The position numbers and the translations under genes were made by a program. The notes beneath the pieces were generated by a model. It did no database searches. It had not been told where the DNA came from and worked only from the letters and a program-made list of their open reading frames with translations. Below are positions 16,339-22,800 of a stretch of 24,000 nt of DNA, piece by piece; positions within the stretch are counted from its first letter, which is position 1, and each line of letters starts with the position of its first letter. This stretch comes from Verrucomicrobia bacterium LW23 (lineage in GTDB: Bacteria > Verrucomicrobiota > Verrucomicrobiia > Methylacidiphilales > UBA1321): positions 669,956-693,955 of the forward strand of contig QAZA01000045.1 in NCBI GenBank assembly GCA_003054695.1, given 5' to 3'.

Positions 16339-17577
16339 ATGTGGAAGTCCCATAACAAGGAAAATGCCGCCACCCAAAGCTGGTGCGAGTATGACGACGC
16401 GCTCACCACGCTGAAGGGCAAGCTGCACTGGCCCTACCAGCTCACCGTGCGCATCCCGTTTATGACGGACGCGGAATCCGCCGCCGAGGCCCCCGCGCGC
16501 GCCGCCACGGAGCAGGAGCGCGCCAGCATCGCGGCGTTTCAACAGGAGCTGGCCGCGCGGCTGGGCGGGCGGGACAACGTGCTGGTAATGGCGCGCTGCT
16601 GGCACCTGGCCAGCGCCCAGCTGGAGTTTCGCGTGCACGACGCCAGAAAGACCGAGGCGGAGATCAAACGCATCAAGGCCGAGGAAAAGACCGCGCACCC
16701 CTTTATGGCCCTGCTCTTCCTGGATGGCACCTGGTCCATCCCGCACAATTACCGCTCCGGCGGCATCGTTTCCGGCCAGGCCGGCGGCTCCCTGGCAGGC
16801 AGCGAAGGCAGGCTGATGCAGGGCCTGGAAGGGCTGAGCCCCGAGGCGCTGGCCGAGGCCCTCAAAAAGCGGATTCAGGAGCAACTGACCCAAAAGCTGC
16901 AGAAAGAATTTGGCGGCACCTTGCCCGACCTCACCTCCGAGGAAGCCATGCAGCTGATGCACGCGGAGGAAAGCGACCTGGTGAACGACGACGACGAGGA
17001 GGAGGAGTCCGAATTTGACGAGGAGGACGAGGATTTTGACCTGGATGAGGATGACGAGGACGACGAGGATGATGATGATGACGACGACGACCTCGACCTG
17101 GAAACGGCCATCCGCCGCGAGGAGCTGCGCGGCACCCTGCACACCGCCACCGGCATGGATCGCATCCCCCTGATCTGCGAGCTGACAACCACGGCCGAAA
17201 CCAAGGAGCAGATGGAAGAAGCCCTGGAGCTGGTGCAGCAATCCCTCGCCACCTTCCCCACCGACCACCGCCTGCGCAACAGCCACGGCTACCTCCTGTT
17301 CTTTGGCGGGGAGCTCGAAGCCTCCCGCCGCGAACTCCTCGCCGCCATCGACGGCAACGAGCTCGTCGCCGAGTACCACCACAACCTCGCCCACACCCTG
17401 GCCGCCCTGGACGAGCACGACGCCGCCGTCGCCTCTCTCAAAAACGCCACGCTCATCGAGCCCTTTCGCATGATGATGATCGGCATGGACCCCCTCCTGG
17501 ATTCCCTGCACGACCACCCCGGCTTCAAGGAGCTAATGAAAGGCGACATCACGGACGAGGAGGAGGAACAAGAGTAG
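16339..17577 (+). CDS. Hypothetical protein with a hyper-acidic tract and a C-terminal TPR-like region
   Basis: The 412-aa ORF starts 60 nt after the permease gene. In aa 217-255, 33 of 39 residues are D/E (nt 16987-17103). The C-terminus has TPR-like helices and ends in DPLLDSLHDHPGFKELM, a pattern common at the end of TPR domains. The N-terminal ~140 aa is vaguely DUF695-like (low confidence). Confidence 0.7.
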   Translation: MWKSHNKENAATQSWCEYDDALTTLKGKLHWPYQLTVRIPFMTDAESAAEAPARAATEQERASIAAFQQELAARLGGRDNVLVMARCWHLASAQLEFRVHDARKTEAEIKRIKAEEKTAHPFMALLFLDGTWSIPHNYRSGGIVSGQAGGSLAGSEGRLMQGLEGLSPEALAEALKKRIQEQLTQKLQKEFGGTLPDLTSEEAMQLMHAEESDLVNDDDEEEESEFDEEDEDFDLDEDDEDDEDDDDDDDDLDLETAIRREELRGTLHTATGMDRIPLICELTTTAETKEQMEEALELVQQSLATFPTDHRLRNSHGYLLFFGGELEASRRELLAAIDGNELVAEYHHNLAHTLAALDEHDAAVASLKNATLIEPFRMMMIGMDPLLDSLHDHPGFKELMKGDITDEEEEQE

Positions 17578-17708
17578 GCAGAGGCAGGCCACCCCCACCC
17601 AAGGCAAGGCAAGACAATCCTCCGAAGCGCCACCGGCGCGATACGCGGGCTTACACCCTGGCATCGGGCTTTCGCGCCAGTGGCTCTCTAGGGGGATACA
17701 AGCCTCTA

Positions 17709-17872
17709 AGACCAATTCGCAAAGTTATTTGCTCTTTATGCGGAGCTGATTTTGGGCTATGGGTGCGCTGAAACGGAGGGAGTGCATTAGGATAATGCTC
17801 GACCGGAGTTTCAGTGCGGCCATAGCCCAAAAGCGGCCCGCAAAAAGCGCAAATAACTTTGCGAATTGGTCT
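17709..17872. repeat. 164-bp imperfect palindrome (family 3) with AGACCAATTCGCAAAGTTATTTGC termini
   Basis: 17709-17732 and 17849-17872 are perfect reverse complements (24/24). The arms stay roughly three-quarters identical to the centre, GCATTA-GGA-TAATGC (17784-17798). Each arm also contains a local CGCAAA-N4-TTTGC(G) hairpin. Confidence 0.9.
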
Positions 17873-17929
17873 AAGCTTGGGATAAAGGGGGAAACGTAAG
17901 GAAGGTTGAACATCGTGGAGGCAATCCTC

Positions 17930-18045
17930 TTGGCGAAACTTTCCGCCCTTGGCGATGTTATCTGAAGGTCCGTAGATCCAAGGCAGATAATATCGCCAAG
18001 GACGGAAAGTTTCGCCAAGGGAAGCAGCGGAAATGTCGACAGCCT
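17930..18045 (-). repeat. Palindromic element abutting a stop codon, copy 2 (minus-strand orientation)
   Basis: On the minus strand the MBOAT stop TAG (18046-18048) is followed immediately by AGGCTGTCGACATTT (18045-18031), the same 15-mer that follows the gmd stop. The arms 17930-17964 and 17984-18018 pair at 33/35 with a 19-nt loop. The shared arm core is CTTTCCGTCCTTGGCG. Confidence 0.9.
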
Positions 18046-19464
18046 CTAAAACTCGTAATACACAAACGGCATGGCCTTGCCGGAGGTGGTGGCGGCGATG
18101 ATGCCGAACAGGGCGATAAAGCAGGCGGCCTGGGCGTAGTTGGGCATCTCGGCAAACCGGCGCTCAAACCACTCGGCGGAGGAGTTGGGGGCAAAGTGCA
18201 GGGCGGCGGCAAGCAGGAGGATCAGCACTACGTTGGGGTTGAGCATCGCCGTGCCCATGTGCAGCTGCGCCATCTTGGCAAACATGGCGGCGACGACTTC
18301 CAGGTTTTCGGCGCGGAAGAAGATCCAGCAGGCGCACACAAAGTGGAAGGTGAGGATGCCGCCCACCACGCGGCCGATGGTCGACTCCACCTTCTCGCGC
18401 CCGGTAAGCTGGTAGTAGATGGTGACGAGCGTCATGCCCGTGCCGTGCAGCACGCCCCAGATAACGTAGCGCCACTCCGCTCCGTGCCACAGGCCGCACA
18501 GAAACATCACGATCCACATGTTAAAGTACATGCGCAACATGCCGCACCGGTTGCCGCCCAGCGGAATGTACAGGTAGTCGCGAAACCACGTGGAGAGACT
18601 GATGTGCCAGCGTCTCCAGAACTCGCGGATATCGGCCGACTTGTAGGGGGAGTTGAAGTTCTCAGGTATGGTAAGGCCCAGCAGCAGGGCGCTGCCGATG
18701 GCGATATCGGTATAGCCGGAGAAGTCGCAGTAGATCTGGAACGCGTAGGCGTAGACGCCGATAAGCGTCTCGAACGAGCTGTAAAAGCTGTCCTTGTCAA
18801 ACGCCTGGTCGACGATATTGGCGCCCAGGTAGTCGGCAATCACCAGCTTCTTGAACAAGCCGCACAGGATAAGCCACAGGCCGCGCGAGCCCATCTCGCT
18901 GGTCAGCACCGGCGTCGCAAGCATCTGTGGCAGAAAGGTTTTGGCCCGGATAATCGGCCCCGCCACCAGGTGGGGGAAGAAGCTCACATACGCCAGGTAC
19001 TCGTGGTAACGGTTGCACGGCTCCAGATCCCGCCGGTAAAGCGAGATGATGTAGCTCATCGTCTGGAAGGTATAGAAGCTGATGCCGGGCACCATGGCGA
19101 TGCTCCAGGGAATGTCCGGCCGCGCCTCGCCCGTCCACCACGCAAAAATGTCGGCATAAGTGGCACCGGCAAAGTTGGCGTACTTAAAGAACGCGAGCAG
19201 CCCCATGTTGGTGCAGATGCTGCACAACAGCAGGGCGCGCCGCTTCCACTGCACGTCGATCCCGGCCATCTTCCGGCCAATAAAGTAGTCCAGCGAGGAG
19301 GAGAAGAAGATCAGCGGCAAAAACTGCGGCGTAGGGAAGCTGTAAAAGATGTACGACGCCACCACCAGCACCGTGCCCCGCCACGTGCGCGAGGCATGCC
19401 CCAGCCAGTAGGCAACAAAAACAATCAGCAAAAAGATGCCGTATGTGGGATCCGTAAATTGCAT
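18046..19464 (-). CDS. MBOAT-family membrane O-acyltransferase (AlgI / DltB / PatA-like)
   Basis: The 472-aa polytopic protein is collinear with P. aeruginosa AlgI, including ISFYTFQTMSYIISLYR, FPHLVAGPIIR, YCDFSGYTDIAIG and the invariant-histidine motif FWRRWHISLSTWFRDYLYIPLGGNR. Confidence 0.95.
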   Translation of the reverse strand: MQFTDPTYGIFLLIVFVAYWLGHASRTWRGTVLVVASYIFYSFPTPQFLPLIFFSSSLDYFIGRKMAGIDVQWKRRALLLCSICTNMGLLAFFKYANFAGATYADIFAWWTGEARPDIPWSIAMVPGISFYTFQTMSYIISLYRRDLEPCNRYHEYLAYVSFFPHLVAGPIIRAKTFLPQMLATPVLTSEMGSRGLWLILCGLFKKLVIADYLGANIVDQAFDKDSFYSSFETLIGVYAYAFQIYCDFSGYTDIAIGSALLLGLTIPENFNSPYKSADIREFWRRWHISLSTWFRDYLYIPLGGNRCGMLRMYFNMWIVMFLCGLWHGAEWRYVIWGVLHGTGMTLVTIYYQLTGREKVESTIGRVVGGILTFHFVCACWIFFRAENLEVVAAMFAKMAQLHMGTAMLNPNVVLILLLAAALHFAPNSSAEWFERRFAEMPNYAQAACFIALFGIIAATTSGKAMPFVYYEF

Positions 19465-19607
19465 GCGAGCGTTGGGGCGGGGAGGGGGAGAGAGGAGAGA
19501 TATCGCAAACGACGCGCGCCGGCGTCAGGCCCATTCGCGAGGGGGTTGGGGGGAAACGGGGTTTAATCTTCTGCAGCTGATTACCTGTCCTCTGGTTTTC
19601 AGCATCT

Positions 19608-19750
19608 TTCCCCCCTTCGCGCTCTTTGCGTCCTTGGCGTCCTTTGCGCTAAAACCTGTATGAAGTACCGCCACACAAATCGATATCGCTATACGTCTGG
19701 GTGATTTCACGCAAAGGACGCTAAGGACGCAAAGAGCGCGAAGGGGGGAA
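19608..19750. repeat. Palindrome with 41-nt arms (40/41) and a 61-nt loop; CCTTNGCG 9-mer arms
   Basis: Left arm 19608-19648 is TTCCCCCCTTCGCGCTCTTTGCGTCCTTGGCGTCCTTTGCG. Right arm 19710-19750 is its reverse complement apart from one G/A difference. It sits in the 369-bp gap between the giant SGNH gene and the MBOAT gene. Confidence 0.9.
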
Positions 19751-19833
19751 TGGATTCTCGAATAGATAGTTACCTAAGAATAAAGGACTAAGGAGTTAAG
19801 TATGTTGAGTTATTGGCAAAGTCGTCCCTGGCC

Positions 19834-22800
19834 CTACTCGTACATGCTCTCCCGAGTAGCGGAGATGGTGGAGCCGGGCGAGGAGGGGCGGCGCTGGGGC
19901 GTTGCCTGCTCGGTACGCTCCGCACGGGCTGGCCGGCTGGCGCGGGGCGGCGCGGCGGCGGTGGTGTGCAGCGGCGGGGCGGAAGTGGTTGCGGGGGAAG
20001 AGGATCCGCCGGTGCGGTTGGCCGTGGCCATGCCGTTTCCGACGGCGGGCGCGGGGCGGCGGGCCTCCTGCTGCTGAGGCTGCGGCGAGGAAGAGGGGCG
20101 CGGGGCGTCGTTGCGATCGCGGTCGGCGCGCTCGGTCCGGTCGCGCTTGTTGTTCAGCTTGTCCTTATCTTTATCCTTATCCTTCTCCGGACGCTCCACA
20201 CGCTCCGCGCGGGGGGCCGTAGGCGGGGCGGCGGCGATCGGCGCTGTCGGGATGGACGCCAAATCCGGCATCGGAGCGGACACAGGGACGTTGTCCGGTG
20301 CGGCACCGCCGTTGCCATCCCCCTGCGGCCCGGAGACCGGGGCGGGTGCGGTGGCGGGCGTGTTGGCGGCGGACGTCGTCGCGGGTGCGGTGGCTGGCGT
20401 GGCAAAAGTGGCAGGCACCGCGGCCGGCGCGGGCGCAGGCGTTGTGGTCGGCGTCGACGCCGGCGCCGCGGGGCCGGACGCCGTGGCGTTGCCGGGCGTG
20501 CGAGGCGGCGTAAGAGGAGCGGGCGTATTGGCGGGCGGGGCGCCGGGGATGGGCACGCCGGGATTCAGCACGCGGTCCGCCACGCGAAGCAGGAAGCTCT
20601 TCATCACCGCGCGGTAAAGGGAGTCGCCGACAACCGCTGCGCCCGATTCCGTCGGATGGATAAAATCGCCGCTGACGAGCCTGGGGCGCATGCTGTGCCA
20701 GCGGCCCATCGTGCCGTCGCCGCCCATGGCTACAAAGGTGTTGAAGAACGCGCAGCCGTTTTTGAGCGCGGCGGCGCGCTGCGCCATAATGATGGTCGGC
20801 ATGTTCGGCTTCGTCACCACCTTGCCGTTGCGGCGCTCGCCGCGATCCAGCGCGCCCATCACCAGGATGGACGCCTTGGGCAACGCCTGGCGAAACAGCG
20901 CGAGCAGGCGCGAGTAGTCGGCCTCAATCGCCGCCATGCTGCGGTTGTCGTCGTCGCTCTCGTTGGCGCCAAAGTTCAGGACTATCAGGTCCGGGTGGCG
21001 CTCCTTAAGCTGGGCCACCAGCAGTTCCGGGCGAATCTCCTTCAGCCTCAGGCATCGGGCGCCGAGCACGCCGGCGGCGTCGTACACCACGCCGGGGCGT
21101 GTGCGCTCCAGCACCACGCCCAGCAGGCGGGGCGCGCCGCTGGTAACGTTGATGCGGGCGGTTTCGGCGCCGTCGTTCAGGCGAAGGCGTGCCACGCGGG
21201 CCTGCACTTCGTCGGCGCGGGTATCGATGGTGCCTTCCTTCTTGCCATTAATCAGCACGTCAAACTTGCCGCCCGTGGGGCGGGCCAGGTAGTGCACCTC
21301 CACAAGGCTGTAGGGGTCGCCTTCCTTCTTTTTGGGCACGGTGTACTCGGCAAAAGCGCCGGGCGCGCCGTCGAAGGCAAAGCCGCCCAGGCTGTAGTCG
21401 CCGGGCTTGGGCTTGACCTTCATGATGCTTTCGATCGTCCAGCCGCCGCCGCTTTTCCAGTTCAGGTCCATGCGCTGGTAGCTGGCGCTGGGGCGATCCA
21501 GCAGCATGTAGCCGGCGCCGCTGTCGCCAAAGAGGTTGTGCATGCGCTCGCGCATCTGGCCGGTGATGAAGTCCATCACCACAATGCTGTCGCCATAGTG
21601 CAGCACGCGCGTTACGGCGCCGGGCTTGCCCTGTTGCGTGCGCGTCAGGTTATCCAGGAAGTGATTGAGAGAGCCGGTGGGGTCCTCGATCGCGTCCTCG
21701 GTCGGCACATAGGCGGCCTTCTCCAGATCTATCTTGAGCGCGCGCGCCCCGTACGCGATCCGCTCCGCCTCGGTCTTCGGCAGCGGCACCCCTTCGGGCT
21801 TAAGCAGCGTGTTGGGGTTGACGCCGGGCGTGGGATTCATCCTGGCCAGCTGCGGCGTGGTGGCGGGGGCAGGGGAAGCGTGCGCGGCGGCCGGGGTGCT
21901 CGCCGTTGCGGGCGGGGGCGCCGTCTCGGGCTCGGGTGAGGCATTGCCGGTGCTGCCGCCGTTAAACAGGTCGGTCATCACGCCGTGAAGCACCTGATTG
22001 AGCGGATCGCTCGGTGTCGTCTTTGCCGCGGCCGTGGAGGTGGCGGAGGAGGCCGATGCCGTAGGGGCAGTCGCAGCGGGTGCGGCGGGAGCCGGTGCGG
22101 GCGTGGAGTTGCCGTGCGCTATCGCGATCGGCTGGTGCTCCTGCACCGTGGCCGGGGCGGGCGCCGTCGGCAGCGGGCCGGCGACAGGCGCGGCGGGGCC
22201 GGCGGGCGTCGCGACCGGATCGCCCGGAGCGATCGGCGCAGCGGGAGTCGGCGCGGGGGAGGCCGCGGGCGGTGTAAAAGGTTGCACGGGCATCGCCGGC
22301 TGCGCGCCGGTGCCAGGCTGGGAGTCGGTAGCCACCGGCGTAACCGGTTGGGCCGGCAGGGCCGCGGGAGCTTCCGGATGCGCGTGCGCATTCGTCGCCG
22401 TGGCCGCGATGGGCGTGGCCGGAGCGGGTTGCGCGGGGGTCGGAGGTGCGGATCCCGCCATCGAAGGCGTTTGCGGGGCGCCCGCAGTCGCCGGGCTGCT
22501 TGTCGCACCAGGCAAAGCCGCTGCGGCGGCCGGCAAAGGCGCGGGAGCCGAAGCCGTTGTCGTAGTCGTCGCACCCGTGCCAGGCGGGGTGGGAGCAGTA
22601 GCGGGAGATACTGGCGCCGTCGAGGCGCTCGCGGTCGCCGCCGGTGATGCCGTGGCCGGAGTGCCGGAGGCGGACGCCGCGGGCGCGGAGTCCGTGCCCG
22701 TGCCGGACGTGGCGGCAGGGGGCGCCGTTGCCACGGTGGTTGCCGTTTCCGCCGCAGGAGAGGGCGCGGTCGCCGCCGGCGTAGTTGCCTGCGCTCCCCG

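Noticed and set aside
14749-17517. 922-aa ORF on the minus strand, the second longest in the track
   Set aside because: It runs antisense across two independently supported plus-strand genes (permease-USP and the acidic TPR protein). Its translation is low-complexity, for example VVVVIIIILVVLVILIQ, which is simply the complement of the acidic tract. This is a typical open antisense frame in GC-rich DNA.
17725-18018. 97-aa minus-strand ORF in the lower-GC gap
   Set aside because: It consists entirely of the family-3 palindrome and the stop-abutting hairpin. Its mirror-image peptide segments reflect DNA symmetry, not a protein.
19813-21939. 708-aa plus-strand ORF rich in Arg/Gly
   Set aside because: It is antisense to the SGNH-domain region of the giant gene, whose catalytic motifs are intact on the minus strand. 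The translation (RRGGGG, GRRGRRRCGRRRRRRRG) has no protein-like pattern.
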